In this document: piece by piece, positions 45,181 to 56,965 of the stretch | Numbering within the stretch: position 1 is the stretch's first letter | How the letters are laid out: each line of letters opens with the position of its first letter | DNA from: the human T2T-CHM13v2.0 reference genome, Homo sapiens | Direction: 5' to 3' (one strand) | DNA: 64,000 nucleotides | NCBI RefSeq assembly: GCF_009914755.1 | Contig: NC_060934.1 | Translations under genes and position numbers: made by a program | The notes under the pieces: generated by a model | What the model was told of the DNA's origin: nothing | What the model saw: only the letters and a program-made list of their open reading frames with translations | Database searches by the model: none

Positions 45181-47419
45181 TCAAGCAACCCTAAAGGCCA
45201 TTTAGATTGGACCAGTTTCTCATGTTGAACTTAGAAGAAGGGCATTTACTTTCTTTTGACACTATTGTCTCAAAGGACTAAACATGACTGTGTGTGTTTC
45301 AATTCCATTCAGCCCATCTCCCTACCACACTAAGGGCTTTCATTAATGGTCCTTCAGAGAGAAAATGGGGAAGACGTTAATATTATTTGAGAAATACATA
45401 TAAGGCAAAAGGAAAACATGAAAACAAGCTTCTTCAGCAGGTTGGCTCCAGTCCTTCTCTTCTGGAACTTTCCTTCTTCTCATACCTGAGAATTAATATC
45501 TGCACTAGAAAATGGAGTGGAGAAAGAAGAGGCTCTTGCCTCAAGGGTTTGCTGATGTGGTCTTATAGGTACAGACTGTCTTCCTTTAGGTTTCCTTCTG
45601 TGTGACTAATCCACAAGAGGGCTGATTTACCAACCCAAACAGGATGTGGTTTAGAAGTCAACCATTCTCTGCTCCTCCAGAATAAGTGAAGGCATAAATA
45701 CTCTAGTACCACAATTTTTTTCCACAAGAGAAAAAGTCCCCAAATTTGGAGAAGAGTAGTTTCAGCCCGAGTTGGTTTGTCAAGTAATTTAATTTCAAAA
45801 GTCACTAGGGAGTGTGGTAATCCTGGTGCTATTTTTGTTTCTTTGAACAACAAAGTTCATATCCCACCCAGGTATTATGTCTCTTGTTTTTTTTTTTTTT
45901 TTTTTTTTTTGTCTCCTGGCATTTTAATCAGAGAAAAGTCACAGTTATTTTGAGGAAAGCACTCCCAAGAGCTTTAATTAAAGCTGGAAGGATAAATCTG
46001 TTTACAGTGTGGTGAACACTATCATTAATAAAACATTGAAATAATTAACGAATTAAATTCTGCTTTGCGTGTCAATGGCTACGTTCAGGATCTTTGAGAA
46101 CGTCTCCCTAGAAGATGCAGTACACTGTGTACTTAGTTTGCGGAAATGAAAAGGAAAAACTGAAACTGCATTTCTCTGAGATTCATAGATCACAGATTGA
46201 GAGAGCCTGAATGGAGTGAAGGCTACGTTATTTTTATTTTATAGGAAAAGAAACTCAGTTTCAATGAGCTTAATGGCCTGGGTTCTAATGATGTGCTTGA
46301 AGAGGAAGATTTTGATCGCACCACTGATACACGGAGTCTGTATTTTGCATCCTAGAATGATTAACCAGAAACAAAGAAAGGAAAAAGGTAAAATTAATAA
46401 TAAGATCAGCAGCTCTGGGACACAGAATAAAGAATGGAATAATCTGGAAAAAAAGGCAGGGCAGGCAAATTTCATAGTGTGATTAACTCTGCCACTGACA
46501 ATGAGGAAATTTTAGTAGCTCAGGATATGAAGTGGCTTTTTGAGCAGGATATGGCTGTGTGCAAACCTTCACATTGGGACTTCCTTCACGCTCCTTCTCA
46601 CTAACAGGCTCCTTGACTTGTTTTTAAGCTTTCTGGCAGACAACGGATCTCACAGGAAGCTCCAATGTGGACGTTCATATCGACAGTTAATGATGCATTG
46701 TTTTTTTTTTTAATGCCACTCAGTAATTTCCTAGGGAAAACAATGGGAACCGAAGCTTGTTCCTGTCTTGATGGAAAGTCAGCTTCCAATATCGCCTTAT
46801 TAATTTAACACATGCAAGTATTTGTGTACTTGTTGTTGCTACAGCAACTTGTTTTGTGAGGGCATATTTCATGCAAAATGTGAAAAAGCTGAAAAAGAAA
46901 ACAAATGTCATCTGCATACTTATGTGCATATAAATAGAAATGTATGTGTGCTAAGGTTCTTGTGATTAGAGGTACGTGCCTCTTGCCCTCAGTATAAATT
47001 ATGCTGTACTTGTTGGTTAATTTACAAAACATCTATCTAATGAAAACAACAAGCCAACCACTTCCAAGGAGTTTCAGAAAAGCTGGAAACACATGAAATT
47101 ATTCATAATTAGGTGATCAGTGGATGATAACAGCACCCACCCTGTACACAGACACAAGAAGCATGTAAATGAGCCTGCTGAGCTCGGAAGGCGAAAAACG
47201 GTAATTTTACCTCAAGGTGAACCTGAAGCTAAGCTTTTGTGACTTTCACCTTTCAGAGGGATGGAGCAGCAAAGTCCCTGCATTGTAGGCTTAGAAATAG
47301 GAAGCACCCAACCCATCTCAACGTGATTCAGCAGGGAGGTGATGGACATTTCATAAAATAGGCTTGAAAGTATATGAATGGGAATAAATGGTTAAAATCC
47401 TGCATACTGTAATATAAAC

Positions 47420-47600
47420 AAGTGGGTGTTAGAGTCTGATAGACCTTGTTTCCAAGCCTGGTCACTAACTGTGACCTTGAGTGTTTACTCGTTTCTCTGA
47501 ACTTCAGCAATCTCGTTTTTAAAATGGGGATGATTATACCTCCTTCCCAGGATTGCAGTGAGGATCAGATAAAAAATATTCAAGTACTTAGGACAGATCG
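47420..47600 (+). mobile_element. MIR fragment
   Basis: ctgtgaccttgag...taaaatggggatgattatacct. Confidence 0.65.
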
Positions 47601-47689
47601 GGCCACATTCTTTGGACTTGATAAAGGATTAGTGTCGTATGAGTAGGACAATTATCATTTAAGCTCTCCTCCCTCTAGCCAGGTGGGGC

Positions 47690-48340
47690 CACAGCTTCCT
47701 GTTGCCCCTCAGAAGTTAAGTGTGGCTCTGTGATATGCTTTGGCAGTGAAGGTGGGTGGAAGTTATCCAGCAGGGAGACCCAAGAACCATCATGATGAGC
47801 TGCAATCTTCCTCCCTCTGTGATATGGTCAGGCTTTGTGTCCCCACCCAAATCTCATCTTGATTTGTAATCCCCAGCATTGAGGGAGGGGCCTGGTGGGA
47901 GGTGATTTGATCATGGGGGCGGTTTTCCCCGTGCTCTTCTCATGATAGTGGGTGAGTTCTCATGAGATCTGATGGTTTTATAAGATGGTTTGGAAGTTCC
48001 TCCTTCACTCGCCTCTTTCACCTGCCGCCATGTAAGACGTGCCTGCTTCCCCTTCTGCCATGATCTTAACTTTCCTGCTTCCCCTCTGCCATGATTCTAA
48101 GTTTCCTCCCCAGTCATGCAGAACTGAGTCAATTAAACCTCTTTCCTTTATAAATTAACCCAGTCTTGGGTAGTTCTTTATAGCGGTGTGAGAACAGACT
48201 AATACACTCTGCCTTGGGGCAGGCAACATTTCAGAGGACGCTGTCCCCCAAGTCTGGGTCCTGGCATGAGAAGATACAGAGCAGACCCCAGCTGGCCCAG
48301 CCATAGAACATGGCATAAGCAAGAAGAAAACCCTCTAGTT
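47690..48340 (+). mobile_element. Old MLT1-type MaLR LTR interrupted by THE1D
   Basis: MLT1-like segments on both sides of the THE1D TSD; boundaries approximate. Confidence 0.5.
47820..48206 (+). mobile_element. THE1D-like MaLR solo LTR
   Basis: tgatatgg...tgtgtccccacccaaatctcatc...gactaataca; 5-bp TSD ctctg at 47815-47819 and 48207-48211. Confidence 0.85.
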
Positions 48341-48643
48341 TTTGGGGTTTGAGTTACCTTGCTTCTCCTGATCATGTTTTCTCATTGGCAAAAAGAGATG
48401 GATGATTTGAGATTTTTTTTTCTTCTGGGGCAATCTCAGATTGTGTCTAACTCCAAAGAATGATGTAAATCTGTTCTGTTCACAAATGCTTTGTGAGAGG
48501 CCATGTAGTCTTAGTGTTTTTACTGACAAGAGAATTGCCTTGCGCAGAAGAATTGCTACAGTTGCAGTTTCAGAGCTCCTGGAAGACCACCATTTCTACC
48601 TTAGTGAGAGCTCCCCACATTACCAAGAATGGGACTACATTAC

Positions 48644-49410
48644 TGATACGGGAGTGCTGGGAAGGCAAGAGCGCGGTCCCTTTAAATGGTACAGAAGGGG
48701 GAAGGGAAGTGCAGGGTAGAGAAAGGAGAGTCCCTGGCTAGGGCTCCACCCCCACGGACCAAAGTGAAGACAGGTACTCCTGCTTTCCCGCCTAAATGTT
48801 GCATTTTCCAAGACCACCATGGCCCACCACGCCCCCATCCTGGGCCTTTAATAACCCGAGACCCTAGCGGGCAGATATACAAGCGGCTGGATATCGTGAG
48901 GAACACATTGGGGGAAGAAGGCACAAGTGGCTGATCGTCGAGAGCCCACCGGTAGAAGAGCACACCAACAGGCACAAGCACAACGACGTGGAGTTTGACC
49001 GGAGCTGTTGGAGAAGAGTCCAGGAGAAAACCATCTCCCTTCCGGCTCCCCCAGCAATAAAACCTTGCACGCATTCTCCAAGACCACGTGTGATCCGAAT
49101 CTTCCCGTACACCAAGGCAAGAAACCCTGGGATACAGAAATCCCTCTGTCCTTGTGATAAGGAAGGGGGTCTAATTGAGCTGGTGAACACAAGCCGCCTA
49201 TAGACGGCAAAGCAAAAGAGCACCTGTAACACGCGCCCACTGGGGCTGCGGCTGTAAACATTCAGCCTTAGACACTGCCGTGGGGTCGAAGCCCCACTGC
49301 CTGCCCATCTGTATGCTCCCCTAGAGGTTTCAGCAGCGGGGCACTGAAGAAGCGAGCCACACCCCTATCGCACGCCCTGTGAGGGACACAAGGAGACCTT
49401 TCCTGTTTCA
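48644..49410 (+). mobile_element. ERV1 solo LTR, LTR1 family-like, CpG-rich
   Basis: TG...CA termini (tgatacggga...cctgtttca); 4-bp TSD ttac at 48640-48643 and 49411-49414; AATAAA at 49056-49061. Confidence 0.8.
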
Positions 49411-50647
49411 TTACCATGCAAACATGCTTAGTGCTGCAAAATGTAAGCTTCCCCCGAGAGGCACATCTGTCAATCATACTGAACTGCCTGTTGGTTTGGG
49501 GATGTGGGAAAACAAGTTACCAAGAACTATTTTGACACTGGCAAACTCATTTCATTTCTGTCTTAATCTAGAGATGGATTCAGCAATCCCAAGGTAGACG
49601 TCTCATCTTTTCTCACTCTCTACATATTTCTCAGTGTTGGAGGTTAGCGTGAGTTCAGTCTCCTGTAATAGGCCATTTCACTTTAAGTGTATGTTAAACT
49701 AATATTGACCTTTCCAAAGTAAAACAAAATCTGCTATTTGTGCTCAAAAGACTGAAGCAGCAATAGATGTGGAAAGTAGAGGATTAATCATCTTGTGGTT
49801 TTTTTTTTTTTTCTTGCTTAGAAACTCTCTCTGGGAATTAGTCATTTTATATCTAGCAATAAACGTAAGACAGGATCTGACTATTCTCCTGAAAAGGAAG
49901 CCTGGATCCTTCAGCAAATAATCTTTTGTATAATTTGCCCACAGTTTAACCCACAGATCCAGCTATGGATGTTTCATTTAACAGTGAGTGAAAAACTCAG
50001 GACTGTCAGCATCAGGCCTTTGGGTGGGAATACCCAGATATCAAGGTTGGGCAAGTGGGCATTAGGAGTGGTGCCGGCGATGAGAGGGGGTAGATTAGAC
50101 GGCTGGAAAATGGGGTCAGCGGTGGGGATGTGGGGCAGACGAGGTGTCTGTGGGGATATGTAAGTGACAGCAGGAAGGGAATGCCAGAACAAAGCGAGGA
50201 AAGCAGAGGTAGCATCACTAATGAAGACACAAATATGTACATTTCATGCCTAAACATGGATATCTCGTCAATGGAGAGTGCCTTCAACCAAACCCCCTTC
50301 TTGGATGTGTGCTATATAGACCTACATGGAAAAACACACTCCAACCTTTCCTTCCCTTCTCCTACCCTGAACAAACAGAAACCTATTATTGGAAACAATT
50401 ATTTCATACACGTCTATAAACAGGATTCATATATTTCATCCAGGAAATAAAAACATGTCAAAATAGGAAGCCCATTAACAGACAGTGTGTAGTTGGGAAA
50501 AATCAGATCTTGGAGCTGTTATCAAAGTGAGACACTTGTAGTCACATTCTCGGAAGAGTAGTATATAAGTATCTGAGAAGATAAATGCGTTTTCAGGGAT
50601 GTCATCTTGGGCCTGCTTTTCTCTGATCGTGTAGCGATGGGCTCATT

Positions 50648-50729
50648 TTGCAGTGATTTATACCTGATGGCCGTGAACCTATCTTCTCTTGCAGTGATTT
50701 ATACCTGATGGCCGTGAACCTATCTTCTC
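50648..50729. repeat. Perfect 2x41-bp tandem duplication
   Basis: ttgcagtgatttatacctgatggccgtgaacctatcttctc twice, identical. Confidence 0.97.
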
Positions 50730-50829
50730 ATTGGAGGCCATTTGGCACAGTACCACTTTCTTTCAACAACCTCTCTAGATGGTCAAAAACTTATTCAATC
50801 CTAGATAGGCTTGATCTTATGCTGCATAC

Positions 50830-50996
50830 CTGTATCCACTCTCGGTAGGAATCCTCTCCGGGAGTCCACCCATTCTCAGGGTAGTTCAGGCGGGAGCGCT
50901 CTGCAGACCAGTTGGTGCTATACTGGGAAGAAGCTGTGATCTGGTCAGAATGAATTTCTCCTGATTCCATGCCCAGAGCTTCCATACATTTGAAAT
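50830..50996 (-). CDS. NRP1: NRP1 exon 6 (167 nt, phase 1-0), start of b1 FV/FVIII domain: (D)FKCMEALGMESGEIHSDQITASSQYSTNW...EDSYREWIQ
   Basis: Acceptor ...ccttcag|ATTTC, donor ACAG|gtatgc; discoidin motifs LGM..G.I...QITASS and GWTP. Confidence 0.98.
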
Positions 50997-51665
50997 CTGA
51001 AGGGAAAAACAGGGCCCACAGTCATCAAAATATAGGGGATTTAAGATGCATTTTTCTTTTTTAACTTGATACACCAAAGAGTTCTTTCATTCAAAATTCT
51101 TTAAAAAGATGGTAGTAAGGGACTTATTGGAATATAGCACTGATACTTGGATTTTCATGGCAATATTTAAAAATATTATGAAGATCATACAGTGATTAAT
51201 AATTTTCCCAAGTGGACCTAGGTTGACAAAAAGACTATTTGAAATTTACCAGGAAATGATGAAAATTCTGATTTATTTTCACAGTTGAGTGTGTGTGTTT
51301 GTAACTATCTGTGACTCTACCTGTCATATGGGTACACACAAAAAGTTGCATTTAAAATAAAATTTTTGTATTAAATTATTTCTTTTAATATCGAAGAGAA
51401 TTGAAAAAAGACTCTATGTCTAGTTACAATTCATACTCAATGGATGGTAGAACTTAACTCCCTGTCTTTCAGATTCTACTATTGGCACCCAGACCACCTC
51501 TTCCTGACTTCCATTGTTCTTATGCCCCACCTCTGGCCTGCATGACTATTAACATAATTAGTTTATCAAAACACAGTTATGCATTGGGGGTAAACTGCAC
51601 TGTCACACGGCCCCAAAGCACCACAGTTTTAGAGCATAAAATCATAATGCTCACAACAGTGAGCA

Positions 51666-51759
51666 TAAGAATGATTGCTTTGTTTAAAGAAGCACATTAG
51701 GTGGACATGTCCCTGGAGGGAGGGGCCTTCAGCAGGGACGTGGTGTTTCAAGGCCAGTG
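51666..51759. repeat. 94-bp dispersed direct repeat, copy 1 (intron 5)
   Basis: 91/94 identical to 54748-54841. Confidence 0.97.
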
Positions 51760-52242
51760 AAACATCAAAATCTATATTCTCTTAGGCCTAACATCCTCAG
51801 TTTGATGATACTGGGAATATGAGCTTTCAGTTTTAGGAAAATGTTTATCCAAAGTACACAAGTGAAAAAAAGCTTTAGAGATTAAAGGGAAGATTCTCAA
51901 CCATCCAGAAAATCTCAACTAACCAAAATTCCCCATTTTCTGAATTTTCTATCAATAACAGATAAGGTTTTAGGGCATACAAGGTTTTCTTGCAATGGCT
52001 TCATATTTTTAAGCTTAGGTTTGTTATTTGTAATATAACAATTATTTACAGGCACAAAAATACATAAATCAATTAAATAAAATACAAATCAGATTTTGAA
52101 ATTTCACTGGCCTCTTTATTTTCCAGTGAGATCTGGTGTAGAAGATATGAGCATATCTGTAGAATACCTCTCCAAACACCCCCTGTCCTCTCCCTGTGCT
52201 ACTTTACAGCCTGGCAGCTAGAGCTGATAATTGCACAAACAA

Positions 52243-52552
52243 TTTTTTCTTTGTTCTTTTTTGTTGTTGTTCTTGAGACTGGGTCTCACTCTGTCAACCA
52301 GGCTGGAGTGCAGTGGCATGATTATAGCTCACTGCAGCCTTAAACTTTGAGGCTCAAGCAATCTTCCCATAGCTTCCCAAGTAACTGGGACTACAGGCAC
52401 AATCCCCCATGCCCAGCTAACTTTTCAATTTTTAGTAGAGTCAGGTTCGCATTATATTGCCAAGGCTGGGCTCCAACTCCTGGCCTCAAGCAATCCTCCT
52501 GCCTCGCCCTCCCAAAGCACTGGGATTACAGAGTGAGCCACCAGTCCTGGCC
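52243..52552 (-). mobile_element. AluJ
   Basis: Diverged full-length Alu. Confidence 0.85.
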
Positions 52553-53117
52553 TTATTCTTTGTTCTTTCAGATTTTTTTTCTTGGGCCTTTAAAAGAGCT
52601 AGAGACCACAAAAACTTTGAGGAAGGGTTGAGTTAGCTGAGTTTTTTCATAGAATACAAAAAACATACTGGCTTCCCCCAGCATCTTCCACAACCAAACC
52701 ACTGTGCATTTCCCATACTTCGTGACTGCTCTGTCGGTGAACTACTTTAGATTTGTTCTTATCATCTGGGATAGATGCCTGTCCTCTTATGATGCTCAGC
52801 CTTGTATGCATTTGAGGGTGCCAGGTAGATGCTCTAGTCACATTTCATTGTTTCAAGGCACTATTTTGCCATTTCCTACTTTCTCCCATAATTTCAGAGG
52901 CTCCCAAGCAGGCTTCTCACCCACAATTTTATGAAGAAAGCACACCAAACAGTTCTTCCTATTGATACTCATAAAAAAACATTTAGAAGAGAAAAACAGA
53001 CAGCTGGCACCCCAGTTCACAAAACATTTCTTTAGTGCTTCATGTGGCCGCAGGTGTGTGAGCAGGAATAACATTGAGTATTTACCACAGGGCTTTGCAA
53101 AATGAATAAACACTGAC

Positions 53118-53273
53118 CTTCTGAGACACTGCTCTGCAAGACACTGTAGTTTGCTGAGAAACCTTCTTTTGCTATCGCGCTGTCGGTGTAAAAAACCATG
53201 GAGAGAATGCCCGATGAGGATCGGATTCGACCTGGTGTTTTCTGTCCACAGTAACGCCCAATGTGAGGGCCAA
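53118..53273 (-). CDS. NRP1: NRP1 exon 5 (156 nt, phase 1-1), second part of CUB2: (V)GPHIGRYCGQKTPGR...FSANYSVLQSSVSE
   Basis: Acceptor ...ctttccag|TTGGC, donor GAAG|gtcagt; sequon NYS (N261). Confidence 0.98.
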
Positions 53274-54156
53274 CTGGAAAGGGAGGAATACAGACGATGT
53301 CAAAATGTCTTTTCTCCTGCAGCAGATGCAAGAATTAGCATTTACAAAGATGGGCCCCAGTAGAACCCAGAAGTGTTTTCTAACCCAAAGCAAGGCTTCC
53401 CTAAGTTAATTGGTTTGCTGTGAACATATTGGATTGGGTTTGCGGAGAAGATTTTAAAGTGTACTCAGAAGGGCAGTAACAGGCATAACCGCATTCCCCA
53501 GTGAGCAGAATTGTTTTCAGGAACAGAATCAAAATGCTTGCTTCAATTGCAAAGAATGAGATTTAGGCTATTGAAGTGGCACCTTGGTACCCACTGGCAG
53601 GGCAAATCTGTATACACAGCTCAGCGCCAAAAGATTCCTGCTAAGCTGTGGTCACTGAGGTTTCTGAGTTACCCGTCCTCGCCTCTCTTGCCCTAGGGGG
53701 AGATTCTGGGGATGCTGATGTCCAGGGAACCCTCTGGTCTGATCAGTCCCAGGGGTCTGATCCACGATTGACCTGCAATTGGCTTCCTCATGCTATCTTT
53801 TAGCCCTGGATTCTTATTATGATAAACATAACAGGCTTGGACAAAGGACAATGGATTATGTCCTACTCAGGGCTTTATGTGAAGACAAATCATTGTAACC
53901 ATGTAAAAAGTTGGAGACTACATATACCAATAATTTATACATAATGGCAACTTATAATCTAAATGAAATAAAAATGCATCTGTCTGACTTCTGTCCTAGT
54001 TTCTTCTCTCCTAAATCTGAGAGGTGACTTGTTTCCAGTGGCCAAGACATCACCAAAAGCAACCATTTGATTGTGCACACCAGGAAAAAAAGTGGACTTG
54101 AGGAGGCGAATGATTGGGAACACCCACTAATTTATGTTAAAGTCAAATTATTTGAT

Positions 54157-54450
54157 GGCTGAGTGCGGTGGCTCACTCTTGTAATCCCAGCACTTTGGGA
54201 AGCTGAGGTGGGTGGATCACTTGAGGTCAGGAGTTTGAGACCAGCCTGGCCAACATGGTGAAACCCCGTTTCTACTAAAACTACAAAGATTAGCCAGGCG
54301 TGGTGGGCAGTGCCTGTAATCCCAGCTACTGGGGAGGCTGAGGCAAGACCCAGGAGGTGGAGGTTGCAGTGAGCCAGGATTGCACCACTGCACTCCAGCC
54401 TGGATGACGGAGCGAGACTCTGTCTCAGAAAAACACACAAAAAAAACAAC
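54157..54450 (+). mobile_element. AluS with a small right-arm deletion
   Basis: Alu dimer with A-rich tail. Confidence 0.9.
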
Positions 54451-54747
54451 AATTTGCTGTTTGACTTAAACTGGCCACACCTTTGTTGAAGTGCTTTAAG
54501 CAAACCCTGGCAATGAGTAAACTGGAAATTGCCTTGGGAAGAGTGCAGAACCCCCGTGGATGGCAAATCTCTCCATTTCCCTGTCCTGATCATCGACAAG
54601 CCACACATAAAAAAGTCCCTTTTTTTTTTCTCTAGGTTTTTTCATTGCACATATGGCAAAAACATACCAGATGGTTTGGGTTTAGAAGGACAATATGGTG
54701 TGGACTGTTTTCCCCTCCAAGAAATCCATGGTTCTGTGCGTTTCAAC

Positions 54748-54841
54748 TAAGAATGATTGCTTTGTTTAAAGAAGCACATTAGGTAGACATGTCCCTGGAG
54801 GGAGGGGCCTTTAACAGGGACGTGGTGTTTCAAGGCCAGTG
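54748..54841. repeat. 94-bp dispersed direct repeat, copy 2 (intron 4)
   Basis: 91/94 identical to 51666-51759. Confidence 0.97.
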
Positions 54842-56655
54842 TGTGCAGTTTGGATGCAGGATGCGGCTGATGAAGGCCAGGAGAGACTTCAAGTGTGGTT
54901 GCCAAAGTGAACCCCACAAGAACTGGTCTCCCTGAAGCCCAAGTACCAGCTGTGTTCCTAGTAGGCAGCAAATCGGAGCCACTGTTTCGTGGATTGCACA
55001 GATCCTTGGCCGACAGGTTTTCAGCTCTTGGCCAATTCTCTTTAAAAAAGAAAAAAGAAAAAACCCCAAACCCAAACAAAATAAAATAACTAAAGTAAAC
55101 CAAAATGGTTCACCTATTTGAGTTAGCGCAACAATGGGTTGCTTTGAATAATACCTGATAATTTTTCGATGTGTTGAAAATAATGGAGTTGACTGAATTC
55201 AGAGTTTTCTCTCTGTTGCAACCCCTCACTCTCCCTCCAGGCACCACACAGTTTGTGTGCATAGACTGCTTTATCATGAAGAAAATGAGGAGGATGACCC
55301 AGTGAGGAGGACTGATACAGATTATCTACAGGGCATCACGCTGTCACGGACAATAGCTTTGCATTATGGAAGCAAATTTTGTTATATTCGACTTCTCAGT
55401 TGGCAGAAGAAAGCATCTCAGAAGATGAAACTCTTGCTGTTTTTTGTCTCTCTTCAGCTTTATTCCTGGCTTCTGATTCTTCTACAGGTAGTGGTTCTTT
55501 GCTATTTAATAGATTTTCTTCATTCTGGATGTGGCCCTAGTAGTAATGCAACACTTTTTTTTTCTTATCTCTGGAGCACGAAGTTGTCCATAACATACAC
55601 ATGAAAATACCTTGCTAGAACCATACACTTAAGTCTTTGCTTTCCTAAAAAGGAATCTCATTTCTGATCTGCAATATTAAAAGAAAAGCCTTAGAGTCCA
55701 CTCAGACTTCCTCACTATTTTTTCCCTCATTTAAATTACATTAGTGTGGCTTCATGATGTTTTTTCTTTAGTTTGTGGGCAAATGTTTACAGCCCTAATC
55801 CTTGGGGTCGTCCTCTGATCGCCACAGCCGCTGACCTCCCCCAGAATACAAGCTTGCAAGCAAAGCTGTGATTGCCCTGTGGAAGCTCAGGCGGCTGATC
55901 CTCCCTGCCACTATCACCCAATTCCTTTGGGGAGGGCGGAAGGGGAATCTCTTTGAAAGAGAAAACAGAAGAGAACTTGTCTGATGCAGACTTGCAATTT
56001 AGAGAGTCTCCATGACTCACTGGTTTATAATGTTTAAGACATGCTGGGTAAATCTGCCTTCTGTCCCTAGAACACTGCCCCCGGACAACAGCGTGCCACT
56101 CTCTTTAGGAGCCCTCAAGATACGAGAGTGAAAGGCTTTTTCGACTATAATACAAAGAAGTATTGAATTTTCCTGAACAACAGCGAGACCTTAGCCTAGC
56201 AAGCTAATGCAATATTGATCTGAGCGAGAGTGGATGAAGTACTCTTATCCGTCTCGTGTGTGTGCTCATTTGTGTATTTACATGAACACAGCTATTGGAT
56301 TTCCTATTTCTGTTATTGTGGACCGAAGCGCCGAGGAGATGAATGAAAATGGTCACAAAAACAGAAGTATAATTCAAAAATTGAATTATTGCAGAATTTC
56401 AGCAAGCAACATGTGCCAAGCTTCAGGGAGAGGAGAGCTATAATGATCATATCGTATCAGATGTGAAAGGAATATAGTATTTGTGCTGTTTAAAGATATG
56501 CCTACAACGGGCAATGGTGATCCCACATCCTTTGCATTTTCCCATTAATCTCTCCAATAATTGTAACCTTATCTCAGAATCAGATGATTTGGCTTTTTGC
56601 CACTTTTTATGTGAAAAAATAAAAGTGCTGATCTACTATAAAGAGGTACTTAAAT

Positions 56656-56965
56656 TTTTTTTTTTCTTTTTTAGAGATGGGTGTCTCACTCTGTTGCCCA
56701 GGCTGCAGTGCGGTGGCGCAATCATGGCTCACTGTAACCTAGAACTCTTGGGCCCAAGTGATCCTCCCACTTCAGTCTCCTGAAGGGCTGGGACTCTAGG
56801 CTCATGCCACTACCACCAGCTAATTTTTAAATTTTTTTTTGTAGAGACAGGGTCTCATCTCTCGATGTTGCCCAAGATGGTCTTGAACTCCTGGCCTCAA
56901 GCAGTCCCTCCCACCTAGGCCTCCCAAAGTGATGGGATTACAGGAGTAAGCCACCACACCTGGCC
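56656..56965 (-). mobile_element. AluJ
   Basis: Full-length Alu. Confidence 0.85.

Noticed and set aside
48635-49477. Cluster of overlapping ORFs on both strands
   Set aside because: GC-rich solo LTR with few stop codons; no gag/pol/env similarity
50648-50729. CRISPR-like direct repeats
   Set aside because: Two adjacent units with no spacer, in a eukaryotic intron
51666-51759. 94-bp repeat as a duplicated intronic snoRNA or miRNA
   Set aside because: No proper C/D or H/ACA boxes on the transcribed strand, and the stem is too short for a pre-miRNA
53274-53331. ORF extension upstream of exon 5
   Set aside because: The nearest upstream AG would add 43 nt (frameshift); the open frame is incidental
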